DNA from: Macrostomum lignano
Taxonomy: Eukaryota
Direction: 5' to 3'
Assembly (NCBI GenBank): GCA_002269645.1
Contig: NIVC01000035.1
Location: forward strand, 620,001 to 684,000
DNA: 64,000 nucleotides
Both the position numbers and the translations under genes were made by a program. The notes under the pieces are model-generated. The model was not told the origin of the DNA. It ran no database searches and worked only from the letters and a program-made list of their open reading frames with translations. The number at the start of each line of letters is the position of its first letter. The first letter of the stretch is position 1. This document shows, piece after piece, positions 24,056-35,958 of this stretch.

Positions 24056-24202
24056 ACTTTTTATTCAATTTTATTTTGCAATTTAAAGTCAGTTTGTACT
24101 ACTTGTAATGTAAATTATTTGTGTCACCAAAGGCACTTCTTTCACCATTACAGTAGCCAAAACTATATTTCACAGGTGGTATAATATAAGTCTTTTGCAA
24201 GG

Positions 24203-26478
24203 TCAGTAAAATTGATGCGGAACCTTGTAGCATGAGCAAAATCCCAAACTCCCAAAAATCCCGAAACCGCAAGTCGCAAATGCCATGGGCGGCCGTGAAT
24301 CCCAGTATCCCGAATCCCAGTATCCCAAATCCCAGTATCCCGAATCCCAGTATCTTAAATCCCAGTATCTTAAATCCCAGTATCCCAAATCCCAGTATCT
24401 TAAATCCCAGTATCCCGAATCCCAGTATCTTAAATCCCAGTATCCCGAATCCCAGTATCTTAAATCCCAGTATCTTAAATCCCAGTATCCCAAATCCCAG
24501 TACCTTAAATCCCAGTATCCCAAATCCCAGTATCTTAAATCCCAGTATTCCAAATCCCAGTATCTTAAATCCCAGTATCTTAAATCCCAGTATCCCAAAT
24601 CCCAGTACCTTAAATCCCAGTATCCCAAATCCCAGTATCTTAAATCCCAGTATCCCAAATCCCAGTACCTTAAATCCCAGTATCCCAAATCCCAGTACCT
24701 TAAATCCCAGTATCCCAAATCCCAGTATCTTAAATCCCAGTATCTAAATCCCAGTATCTTAAATCCCACGATCCCAAATCCCAGTATCTTAAATCCCAGG
24801 ATCCCAAATCCCAGGATCCAAAATCCACAGGATCCCGGACTCTCAAATCCCTAAATCTCAAATCCCAAATTTAAGGTCTCAAATTCCTGCCCGAAATCTC
24901 AGAATGTCGGAACCAAAAATCCTAGTTGTCAAAATCCCAAGTAGCTGTCCTTTAATTCCAGGGATTCCAAAGCCACAAATCCCCCATCCCAAGAGTTCAG
25001 GCCTGCTCAAACCTTGGTCTTAGTGTAGCTCTCAACCGCTACAACGGCATCATTGATGCAGGCAGCGAATCCGTGCTCAGACCGGTTGGCCGGATTCTCC
25101 AACAGATCTTCCTGGATCACGAAGGCCATGGCGTAGATGAACTCCTGCCGCTTCGGTCCTCGGGTTGTTTGAAATTCAATTTTCAGGCCGGACCGCAGCA
25201 CCAGACGGGACAGGCCGATGATCCAGTACCGGACAAAGATTAGCAGGAAATTCGAGCTGAACAGCAGGAAGCAGCCGAATACGAATGCGCGATTGTACAG
25301 AGCAATGCGATCCGTCACCTGGATGAGAAGTTTTAACGGGGAGCTTGCATTACCTGAAGAATTAATAAGACATACCTGAACTATCAATAAGACACACCTG
25401 AAGTATCATTAAGACACACCTGAAGTATCATTAAGACACACCTGAAGTATCAATAAGACACACCTAAAGCATCAATAAGACACACCTGAAGCATCAATAA
25501 GACACCTGAAGTATCAATAAGACACACCTAAAGTGTCAATAAGACACACCTGAAGCATCAATAAGACACACCTGAAGCATCAATAAGACACACCTGAAGC
25601 ATCAATAAGACACACCTGAAGTATCAATAAGACACACATGAAGCATCAATAAGACACACCTGAAGTATCAATAAGACACACCTGAAGTATCAATAAGACA
25701 CACCTGAAGTATCAATAAGACACACATGAAGCATCAATAAGACACACCTGAAGTGTCAATAAGACACACCTGAAGTATCAATAAGGCACCTGAAGCATCA
25801 ATAAGACACCTGAAGTATCAATAAGGCACCTGAAGTATCAATAAGACACACCTGAAGTATCAATAAGACACCTGAAGTATCAATAAGGCACCTGAAGTAT
25901 CAATAAGACACACCTGAAGTATCAATAAGACACCTGAAGTATCAATAAGGCACCTGAAGCATCAATAAGACACCTGAAGTATCAATAAGACACACCTGAA
26001 GCATCAATAAGACACACCTGAAGTCTCACTTAGAAAAAGCTCCAAGCCCCCAGAAAACACCCCCGCTCGCCTTCTCCAGATGGACATAGTAGTTGGATCC
26101 CGGCTTCAGCCTGAAGTCGTCCAGATCGTAGGTGACAATCTTGGCATCGTCTTCGCTTAGCGCCTCAAACGGGCTGCTCTCCATCTGCCCGTCGTCTCCG
26201 ATTTTGAAAATATCCGAGTTTGTCTTCCAAGCAATCACGGGCCAAGTGCGCTTGTTATACTGCTGTTCGAGTTCGCGAACTTTGTCCTGGCTGGCTTTGG
26301 ATTTTTCAAGAAATTTTTTAACGAATTTGTTGCGCCTCACTCGTTTGAGAAGCGGCTCGGCTGTGGCGTTTTGTCCGCTGCTCAGGGCGTCAGTGGTGTT
26401 GCCAAGCCGGTGAGCTGCGATGACTGCCTGCCAGTGTACTACTGTCCAGAGCAGGATGGCGAACTTGCTGCTGTGCAT
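24203..26478 (-). CDS. Unidentified secreted pre-pro-protein; exons 26478-26030, 25256-25013, 24223-24203 (237 aa model)
   Basis: Signal peptide [21 protein letters not shown], two N-glycosylation sequons, furin site RVRR. Donor AA|GTGAGA (phase 2) matches acceptor CTTCCTGCTGTTCAG|C at 25256. Donor AAG|GTTTGA at 25013. The last micro-exon VPHQFY* is tentative. Both introns are filled by minisatellites. Confidence 0.6.
24297..24860. repeat. 15-bp minisatellite (AATCCCAGTATCYYA), intronic
   Basis: 5-aa periodicity. Confidence 0.95.
25365..26025. repeat. 20/22-bp minisatellite (ATCAATAAGACACACCTGAAGY), intronic
   Basis: Direct inspection. Confidence 0.95.
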
Positions 26479-26669
26479 GGCCTCAGGGTTGTTAATAATA
26501 TCCTAATGATGCGATTTTATGTAGTAATTTACTAAGTTATGCTTTTAGCTGGTGTCTTTTAGCAGCAATTGCATTCAGTCTGCTTGTACCATAGATGGTC
26601 AGCTTAACCTGGGATGTGGACTTCTGCTCGCTAAATTTCCGATCAGCTTAGCTTTCTATTTTTTAGCTT

Positions 26670-27295
26670 CACTCCTCTTTAGCTACTCTACTCTTAGCTA
26701 CTCTACCTTAGCTACTCTACTCTTAGCTACTCTACTCTTGGCTACTCTACCTTAGCTACTCTACTCTTAGCTACTCTACCTTAGCTACTCTACTCTTAGC
26801 TACTCTACTCTTAGCTACTCTACCTTAGCTACTCTACTCTTGGCTACTCTACCTTAGCTACTCTACTCTTAGCTACTCTACCTTAGCTACTCTACTCTTA
26901 GCTACTCTACTCTTAGCTACTCTACCTTAGCTATCCTACCTTAGCTATCCTACCTTAGCTATCCTACCTTAGCTATCCTACCTTAGCTATCCTACCTTAG
27001 CTATCCTACCTTAGCTATCCTACCTTAGCTACTCTACCTTAGCTACTCTACCTTAGCTATCCTACTTTAGCTACTCTACCTTAGCTACTCTACCTTAGCT
27101 ACTCTAACTTAGCTAATCTACCTTAGCTACTCTACCTTAGCTATCCTACTTTAGCTACTCTACCTTAGCTACTCTACCCTAGCTACTCTACCTTAGCTAC
27201 TCTACCCTAGCCCCTCTACTTACTCTGCCTTAACTAACCTCATCTAATTTAGCTACTCTTGACGACTACTAGCTACTCTACTCCTTCCCCTACTC
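26670..27295 (+). repeat. 14/15-bp array (TTAGCTACTCTAC) - left arm of an inverted pair
   Basis: Direct inspection. Confidence 0.92.
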
Positions 27296-27974
27296 TTCCC
27301 ATCCTCTCCCATTGATCAAATACTCTTTGATTGATCGAATCTCACAAACTCCCAAACTCTAATCTCTCCATTCACATCAGCAAGTGTCGCACATCTTCGC
27401 CTTTTGCTGTTTTATGGTTTCATTCCACTTAATATTTTCTTATATCAGGGAGCGCTATTAAACTTTCGAGTTTGTTATCAGGAATCTACTCAACATTGTC
27501 TCTTCCTTACTCATTCTTCTCCAGTGTCTCTCGCGCACAATATCTACGCTCGTAGTTGCGTAGGCGTTGTTTCTGTGAATTTATATAAAGACCTGTTTGT
27601 TATACAGCTATGCCGTGCAATTGCTGAAAGCTATGTTATAAAAACAGTCGTAAATAGCTTCTGCGCGCGGAGCGCTCAGCAACTCATTAACTACAAGGCT
27701 AATTTGAACGTAAGCAAAAGCGCACAATATTCGAGTAGGGTGTAGCGAATCTGCTACAAAAAAGGGGTGGTTGCCGTTTTACAGCATTTAATTACTCGCT
27801 ACCTTCTCTATATTTGTTAATACTATAATTGCTGGACTAGTTAGTTTGTGCGGTTTTCATGAGACTGGGACCCGCTTAAAGGCAAGAAATGAAATGAAAT
27901 GTCATTCCGTGCGGGGTGCACGCTGAATGACTGTTTGTTGACTGTCTGGTTGCCACTGGAGCAAGAATTTCACG

Positions 27975-28640
27975 GCTAGTAGAGTAGCTAAAGTAGGGTA
28001 GCTAAAATAGAGTTGCTAATGTAGGGTAGCTAAAGTAGGGTAGCTAAAGTAGAGTCGCTAAAGTAGAGTAGCTAAAGTAGGGTAGATAAAGTAGAGTAGC
28101 TTATGTAGGGTAGCTTATGTAGGGTAGCTAAAGTAGAGTAGCTAATGTAGGGTAGCTAAAGTAGGGTAGCTAAAGTAAGGTAGCTAAAAAATAGAGTAGC
28201 TAATTAGAGTAGCTAAAGTAGGGTAGCAAAAATAGTGTAGCTAAAGTAGGGTAGCAAAAATAGTGTAGCTAAAGTAGGGTAGCTAAAGTAGAGTAGCTAA
28301 AGTAGGGTAGCTAAAGTAGGGTAGCTTATGTAGGGTAGCTAAAGTAGAGTAGCTAATGTAGGGTAGCTAAAGTAGGGTAGCTAAAGTAAGGTAGCTAAAA
28401 ATAGAGTAGCTAATTAGAGTAGCTAAAGTAGGGTAGCAAAAATAGTGTAGCTAAAGTAGGGTAGCTAAAGTAGAGTAGCTAAAGTAGAGTAGCTAAAGTA
28501 GAGTAGCTAAAGTACGGTAGCTAAAGTAGAGTAGCTAAGTTAGGATAGATAAGGTAAATTAGCTTAAGTAGAGTAGCTAATCCAGAGTAGCAAATTTAGA
28601 GTAGCTAAGGTAAAGTAGTAAAGTTAGAGTAGCTAAGGAG
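27975..28640 (-). repeat. 14-bp array (GTAGRGTAGCTAAA) - reverse complement of the 26670-27295 array
   Basis: The reverse complement of TTAGCTACTCTAC is GTAGAGTAGCTAA. Confidence 0.92.
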
Positions 28641-29204
28641 AGAGGGTGAGAGTGGGACCGAGAAGGAGAGAGAGAAGATGACAGATGGCAGAGCAGGGCG
28701 AACAAACAATATCCAAAACTATACAGAAGGCGTAACATTTCAGAATAGCTGGGGGCAAAACTGGGGAGTTGCAGGTTTACAACGTAAAATACTCTTAAGC
28801 CACATAGTAGCCTATAATACACTAGAGTTAGCGTAGGCACAATTTTAATTGGCTACCGCCTACGTAACCCTTTTTTTACCTGTCTGTACCAGCGTTTCTC
28901 GGCCCCACTGACCCCTCCTCCGCCCCCCCTCGCCTATCTCGGAGTCGCGGGTGTGCACGTTCGACAAACCACCCACCCATTTACAGTGCCTTCTCTTAAT
29001 TCGAACAGTTGTTGCTCTCAAAACTAGCGGCTATTTGAGTCGAATGTTAAGTTATTTTGAATTTTTGTCAACCAATTTCACATGCATTTACAAGTTATAT
29101 TGATTCAGATCATTTAATAATGATTCAGATTGGAGCCGCTTTGACCAGCGAATCTTGCAACTGACGGTAAATTTAAGGATTGCAAACCTTTTCCTTTTTA
29201 ATTT

Positions 29205-30368
29205 TTCTTCCTTTGAGTCTATGGCCATCTGAGCAATTCCCCTTTGAGTCTATGGCTGTCTGAGCAATTCCCCTTTGAGTCTATGGCCATCTGAGCAATT
29301 CCCCTTTGAGTCTATGGCTGTCTGAGCAATTCCCCTTTGAGTCTATGGCTATCTGAGCAATTCCCCTTTGAGTCTATGGCTATCTGAGCAATTCCCCTTT
29401 GAGTCTATGGCCATCTGAGCAATTACCCTTTGAGTCTATGGCCATCTGAGTAATTCCCCTTTGAGTCTATGGCTATCTGAGCAATTACCCTTTGAGTCTA
29501 TGGCTATCTGAGCAATTCCCCTTTGAGTCTATGGCTATCTGAGCAATTCCCCTTTGAGTCTATGGCTGTCTGAGCAATTCCCCTTTGAGTCTATGGCCAT
29601 CTGAGCAATTCCCCTTTGAGTCTATGGCCATCTGAGCAATTCCCCTTTGAGTCTATGGCTATCTGAGCAATTCCCCTTTGAGTCTATGGCCATCTGAGCA
29701 ATTCCCCTTTGAGTCTATGGCTATCTGAGCAATTCCCCTTTGAGTCTATGGCCATCTGAGCAATTCCCCTTTGAGTCTATGGCTATCTGAGCAATTACCC
29801 TTTGAGTCTATGGCCATCTGAGCAATTCCCCTTTGAGTCTATGGCCATCTGGGCAATTCCCCTTTGAGTCTATGGCTATCTGAGCAATTCCCCTTTGAGT
29901 CTATGGCTATCTGAGCAATTACCCTTTGAGTCTATGGCTATCTGAGCAATTCCCCTTTGAGTCTATGGCCATCTGAGCAATTCCCCTTTGAGTCTATGGC
30001 TATCTGAGCAATTACCCTTTGAGTCTATGGCTATCTGAGCAATTCCCCTTTGAGTCTATGGCTGTCTGAGCAATTCCCCTTTGAGTCTATGGCTATCTGA
30101 GCAATTACCCTTTGAGTCTATGGCTGTCTGAGAAATTTCCCTTTGAGTCTATGGCTGTCTGAGCAATTCCCCTTTGAGTCTATGGCTGTCTGAGCAATTC
30201 CCCTTTGAGTCTATGGCTGTCTGAGCAATTCCCCTTTGATTCTATGGCTGTCTGAGCAATTCCCCTTTGAGTCTATGGCCATCTGAGCAATTCCCCTTTG
30301 AGTCTATGGCCATCTGAGCAATTCCCCTTTGATTCTATGGCTGTCTGAGCAATTCCCCTTTGAGTCTT
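29205..30368. repeat. 31-bp minisatellite (CCTTTGAGTCTATGGCYRTCTGAGCAATTCC), ~37 copies, no spacers
   Basis: Direct inspection. Confidence 0.95.
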
Positions 30369-30510
30369 CGACCATCGAGTCTTTGGCAATTTTCATCGTA
30401 AAAAGTTTCTTTAAAAAGCAGCCACAATGCAAACTGAGCCAAAAGATTCACTTGAAACATGGTTACAGTTTGCGCAATTAATAACGTAATGTTTAAAAAT
30501 AATCAATTGG

Positions 30511-30520
30511 GTCACGTGAC
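30511..30520. promoter_or_regulatory. CLEAR/E-box palindrome GTCACGTGAC
   Basis: Perfect 10-bp palindrome at the edge of a GC-rich unique segment. Confidence 0.3.
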
Positions 30521-30789
30521 TGCTCCGTTATCGCCGCGCAATCCCGCGGCAGGGCCGCTAAATGCCCTCTCCGCGTATAAACTTCACTTTAGATTTTGAT
30601 AAGATACAAATTGCGCTGTTGTGCAGGTATAGTGACACTGACCCGCCAGCTGGTTGCAAATTTGCCCTCCTGCCTACGGCCGGGTGAGCTCACATATCTC
30701 TGCTGCACTGCCGAATATTGTTCAAAAATTTAGCGCAAAGTTCAAAATATGAAACAGGAGAATTATGAGGTGTAACAGTGACACACAAT

Positions 30790-31530
30790 ATGAGAAAGGG
30801 AGATGGGAAGAGAAGATGGGGAGAAGGAGAGAGAGGAAGTTAGAACGAGAGAAGATCTGAGAGAGAGGTGTAGATGGGAAAGGGAGAGGGGAGGGAGAAG
30901 GAGGAGAGAGGACAGAGATAGAGGGAGAGGAAGATAGAGAGGGCGAGATTTAGAGGAGAAGGGGAGAGAGAAAGTGAGAGAAGGGTAGGGAAAGGAGAGG
31001 GGGAGAGAAGGAGAGGGACTGAGTCGAGAAAGAAAGGCAAAGAGATGGAAGAGAAGGAGAGGGAGGGGAGAGAAAGATGGAGAGAAAGGAGCGGGGGAGA
31101 GAGGGGAGAGAGGGGAGAGAGGGGGATATAGGGAGAGGGTGAGAGGGAGAGGGTGAGAGGGAGAGGGTGAGAGGGGGAGAGGGTGAGAGGGGTGAGAGAG
31201 AGAGGGGAGAGAGGGGAGAGAGGAAGAGAGGGGAGAGAGGAAGAGATGGGAGAGAGGGTGAGAGGGAGAGGGAGAGAGGAGGAGAGGAAGAGAGGGGGAG
31301 AGAGGAGAGGGGGAGAGGGAGAGGGAGAGAGGGGAGAGAGGGGAGAGGGTGAGAGGGAGAGGGTGAGAAGGAGAGTTTGAGAGGGAGAGGGAGAGAGGGG
31401 AGAGAGGGGAGAGGGTGAGAGGGAGAGGGTGAGAAGGAGAGTTTGAGAGGGAGAGGGAGAGAGAGGGAGAGGGAGAGGGTGAGAGGTTAGAGAGAGGGAG
31501 AGAGGGAGGGGGTGAGAGAAGATGGGGAGA
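30790..31530. repeat. Purine-only GA-rich low-complexity tract
   Basis: Direct inspection. Confidence 0.9.
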
Positions 31531-31531
31531 G

Positions 31532-31756
31532 ATGGACAAGGATGAGTTTAAAAGGGGCAGAAAAGAGTCCAGCCAAAAGAGACCTGATAGCCAGGCTCAA
31601 TCGCTAGCGTTCATGCCTTCCGCATCCAACCAGTCGGGCCAAAAGAGGACACGCCAAAAGTGCACTCAGAGGGTGGACCAGCGGCTGTTGTGTGGCTTCC
31701 TAATTACCATAATCGTAGTTCTATTGAATTTATTCATGCAACAACCGTGGGAGTGA
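31532..31756 (+). CDS. Small basic protein or terminal exon with a C-terminal hydrophobic helix (tail-anchored-like, 74 aa)
   Basis: Non-repetitive ORF ending LLCGFLITIIVVLLNLFMQQPWE*, flanked by repeats. No convincing acceptor upstream. Confidence 0.35.
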   Translation: MDKDEFKRGRKESSQKRPDSQAQSLAFMPSASNQSGQKRTRQKCTQRVDQRLLCGFLITIIVVLLNLFMQQPWE

Positions 31757-32009
31757 ATCGAATGCAAAAATAATTGTTGCATAATACTGTAAGAACCCAG
31801 ACTACTTGAAAACTACTTGAGACTACTTGACTTCTGTAAGATAAACAATGCAATTACCCATGCTACTGAATATTTTGTTGGTAGATAAGCCAGTCCGACA
31901 TGAACCTTTATTGTACATTTTCGCCTAAGTGACAAGGTAAAAGAATATTACTCTCGTATTTCTATTCCAATGTGTACTTTAAAGTATTAACTAGTTCGAG
32001 TTTCATAGT

Positions 32010-34665
32010 TAGCAATCCACTCTAATCCTTCATCCATATTGTGTCTCAATAGATTAGCAATCCTCTCTAATCCTTCATCCATATTGTGTCTCAGTAGATT
32101 AGCAATCCATTCTAATCCTACATCCATATTGTGTCTCAATAGATTAGCAATCCTCTCTAATCCTTCATCCATATTGTGTCTCAATAGATAAGCAATCCTC
32201 TCTAATCCTTCATCCATATTGTGTCTCAATAGATTAGCAATCCACTCTAATCCTTCATCCATATTGTGTCTCAATAGATTAGCAATCCTCTCTAGTCCTT
32301 CATCCATATTGTGTGTCAATAGATTAGCAATCCATTCGTGTGTCAATAGATTAGCAATCCATTCTAATCCTTCATCCATATTGTGTCTCAGTAGATTAGC
32401 AATCCATTCTAATCCTTCATCTATATTTTGCCTCAATATATTAGCAATCCATTCTAATCCTTCATCCATATTGTGTCTCAGTAGATTAGCAATCCATTCT
32501 AATCCTTCATCCATATTTTGCCTCAATATATTAGCAATCCTCTCTAATCCTTCATCCATATTGTGTCTCAATAGATAAGCAATCCTCTCTAATCCTTTAT
32601 CCATATTGTGTCGCAGTAGATTAGCAATCCACTCTAATCCTTTATCCATATTGTGTCTCAGTAGATAAGCAATCCACTCTAATCCTTCATCCATATTGTG
32701 TCTCAGTAGATTAACAATCCTCTCTAATCCTTCATCCATATTGTGCCTCAATAGATTAACAATCCTCTCTAATCCTTTATCCATATTGTGTCGCAGTAGA
32801 TTAGCAATCCATTCTAATCCTTTATCCATATTGTGTCGCAGTAGATTAGCAATCCATTCTAATCCTTCATCCATATTGTGTCTCAATAGATTAGCAATCC
32901 ATTCTAATCCTTCATCCATATTGTGTCTCAATAGATTAGCAATCCACTCTAATCCTTCATCCATATTGTGTCTCAGTAGATTAGCAATCCATTCTAATCC
33001 TTCATCAATATTGTGTCTCAGTAGATTAGCAATCCATTCTAATCCTTCATCCATATTGTGTCTCAGTAGATTAACAATCGATTCTAATCCTTCATCCATA
33101 TTGTGTCTCAATAGATTAGCAATCCACTCTAATCCTTCATCCATATTGTGTGTCAGTAGATTAGCAATCCATTCTAATCCTTCATCCATATTGTGTGTCA
33201 ATATATTAGCAATCCATTCTAATCCTTCATCCATATTGTGTCTCAGTAGATTAGCAATCCACTCTAATCCTTCATCCATATTGTGTCTCAATAGATTAGC
33301 AATCCACTCTAATCCTTCATCCATATTGTGTCTCAGTAGATTAGCAATCCATTCTAATCCTTCATCCATATTGTGTCTCAATAGATTAGCAATCCATTCT
33401 AATCCTTCATCCATTGTGTCTCAGTAGATTAGCAATCCTCTCTAATCCTTCATCCATATTGTGTCTCAATAGATTAGCAATCCACTCTAATCCTTCATCC
33501 ATATTGTGTCTCAATAGATTAGCAATCCACTCTAATCCCTCATCCATATTGTGTCTCAGTAGATTAGCAATCCATTCTAATCCTTCATCCATATTGTGTC
33601 TCAGTAGATTAGCAATCCTCTCTAATCCTTCATCCATATTGTGTCTCAATAGATTAGCAATCCTCTCTAATCCTACATCCATATTGTGTCTCAGTAGATT
33701 AGCAATCCATTCTAATCCTTAATCCATATTGTGTCTCAGTAGATTAGCAATCCATTCTAATCCTTCATCCATATTGTGTCTCAATAGATTAGCAATCCAT
33801 TCTAATCCTTAATCCATATTGTGTCTCAGTAGATTAGCAATCCACTCTAATCTTTCATCCATATTGTGTCTCAATAGATTAGCAATCCATTCTAATCCTT
33901 CATCCATATTGTGAATCAATAGATTAGCAATCCACTCTAATCCTTCATCCATATTGTGGCTCAATAGATTAGCAATCCACTCTAATCCTTCATCCATATT
34001 GTGTCTCAATAGATTAGCAATCCACTCTAATCCTTCATCCATATTGTGTCTCAATAGATTAGCAATCCTCTCTAATCCTTCATCCATATTGTGTCGCAGT
34101 AGATTAGCAATCCATTCTAATCCTTCATCCATATTGTGTCTCAATAGATTAGCAATCCACTCTAATCCTTCATCCATATTGTGTCTCAATAGATTAGCAA
34201 TCCACTCTAATCCTTCATCCATATTGTGTCTCAATAGATTAGCAATCCACTCTAATCCTTCATCCATATTGTGTCTCAATAGATTAGCAATCCACTCTAA
34301 TCCTTCATCCATATTGTGAATCAATCGATTAGCAATCCACTCTAATCTTTCATCCATATTGTGTCTCAATAGATTAGCAATCCATTCTAATCCTTAATCC
34401 ATATTGTGTCTCAGTAGATTAGCAATCCACTCTAATCTTTCATCCATATTGTGTCTCAATAGATTAGCAATCCATTCTAATCCTTCATCCATATTGTGTC
34501 TCAATAGATTAGCAGTCCTCTCTAATCCTTCATCCATATTGTGTCTCAATAGATTAGCAGTCCTCTCTAGTCCTTCATCTATATTGTGTCTCAATAGATT
34601 AGCAATCCTCTCTAATGCTTCATCCATATTGTGTCTGAATAGATTAGCAATCCATTCTAATCCCT
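32010..34665. repeat. 45-bp satellite array 1 (~59 copies)
   Basis: Unit TAGATTAGCAATCCAYTCTAATCCTTCATCCATATTGTGTCTCAR; 15-aa periodicity. Confidence 0.97.
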
Positions 34666-34924
34666 CGTCAGCAGACTATTTGTAACCATTAACGGAAGTG
34701 AATGTTTTCGGAACCAAACAGCACATAGGGCTGTTTTATTTGGTTGAATGCATTTCTCACGTTAACCGCATGTAGGGGTGGCTGGGGTAACCCTGCCCTT
34801 CTTGAGTACCTGCCTTGCATGTCATCTAATTGCCTCTTTAATTGGGATTGTAATTTGGCAACTCGGCAAAACGATTCGCTGAGGCGTCATGCAGAAATTT
34901 TTTAATTCGTCGATCAGTTAATTA

Positions 34925-35440
34925 TCTCTAATCTACTCTCTCTGGTTTATTCTCTCTGATCAATTCTATCTAATCTATTCTCTCTGATCTATTTTCTCTG
35001 ATCTATTCCTATTGATATATTCTCTGATTTATTCTATCTGATCTATACCCTCTAATCTATTCTATCCGATCTATTCTTCATAATCTATTTTCTCTAATCT
35101 ATACTATATAATCCATTCTCTCGTATCTATTTTCTCTGATCTAATTACATATTGATCTATTCTCTCTGATTTTTTTCTCCAATCTATTCTCTCCAATCTA
35201 TTCTCTCCAATCTATTCTCTCCAATCTATTCTCTTTGATCTATTCTCTCTAATCTATTATCTCTGATCTATTCCCTCTGATCTATTCTCTCCAATATATT
35301 CTCTCTGATCTATTCTCTCTCATCTATTCTCTCTGATCTATATTCTCTCTAATCAATTCTCTCTGATCTATTCTCTCTAATTTATTCTCTCTGATTTATT
35401 CTCTCTAATCTATTCTATCTGATCTATTCTCTATAATCTC
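34925..35440. repeat. Degenerate 14-bp repeat (TCTATTCTCTCTGA)
   Basis: Direct inspection. Confidence 0.85.
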
Positions 35441-35958
35441 TGAAATATTTGGCTCTGCAACTCATTTTCGAATATTTTTTAAAACAATCTTATCTATTCT
35501 TTTCGATCTACTCCATCAAACTCTCTCCGATTGTTGGGAATCAGCTTTCAGCAAGACCGACCGTCTCTCCAATTCTCTGTCCCTACATAAATAAATATGC
35601 TTTTTTTAAAACCGCATTCCAACACGCTCTGCAGGTTCTGACTTCGGCATGGAATCAGCCACAGTGGGCGGCACAAGTTAGGGAATTAATAAATCATAAA
35701 TTAAAGCCAATTAGATCTAGTTTATGTTAACAGCGGGAGGGGCTGAGACCGCGGGGCTCAGTGATTCGGGACAAAGAGGGGAACCGATTCGCTGCCATTG
35801 GCTGGGAGCAGCTCCTGCGTCCGGCCAACCCGGCCACCAAATATTCATATTCATAATTTCAGTAGCTGCAGAACCCTAGTCGTGTCGAACTTTTTAATAA
35901 CCAAAAAAACGTCTTGAAAAATTACTAAAAGCAACAACTTCCACCGACAGACAGTGAG

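Noticed and set aside
25001-25243. Plus-strand open frame (ACSNLGLSV...) opposite the secreted gene exon 2
   Set aside because: Consistent with the antisense shadow of a real minus-strand exon; no start or splice support.
29205-30368. 31-bp repeat of CRISPR-like length
   Set aside because: Units are head-to-tail with no unique spacers, no cas genes are present, and the context is eukaryotic. The same applies to the 26-, 27-, 30- and 32-bp arrays.
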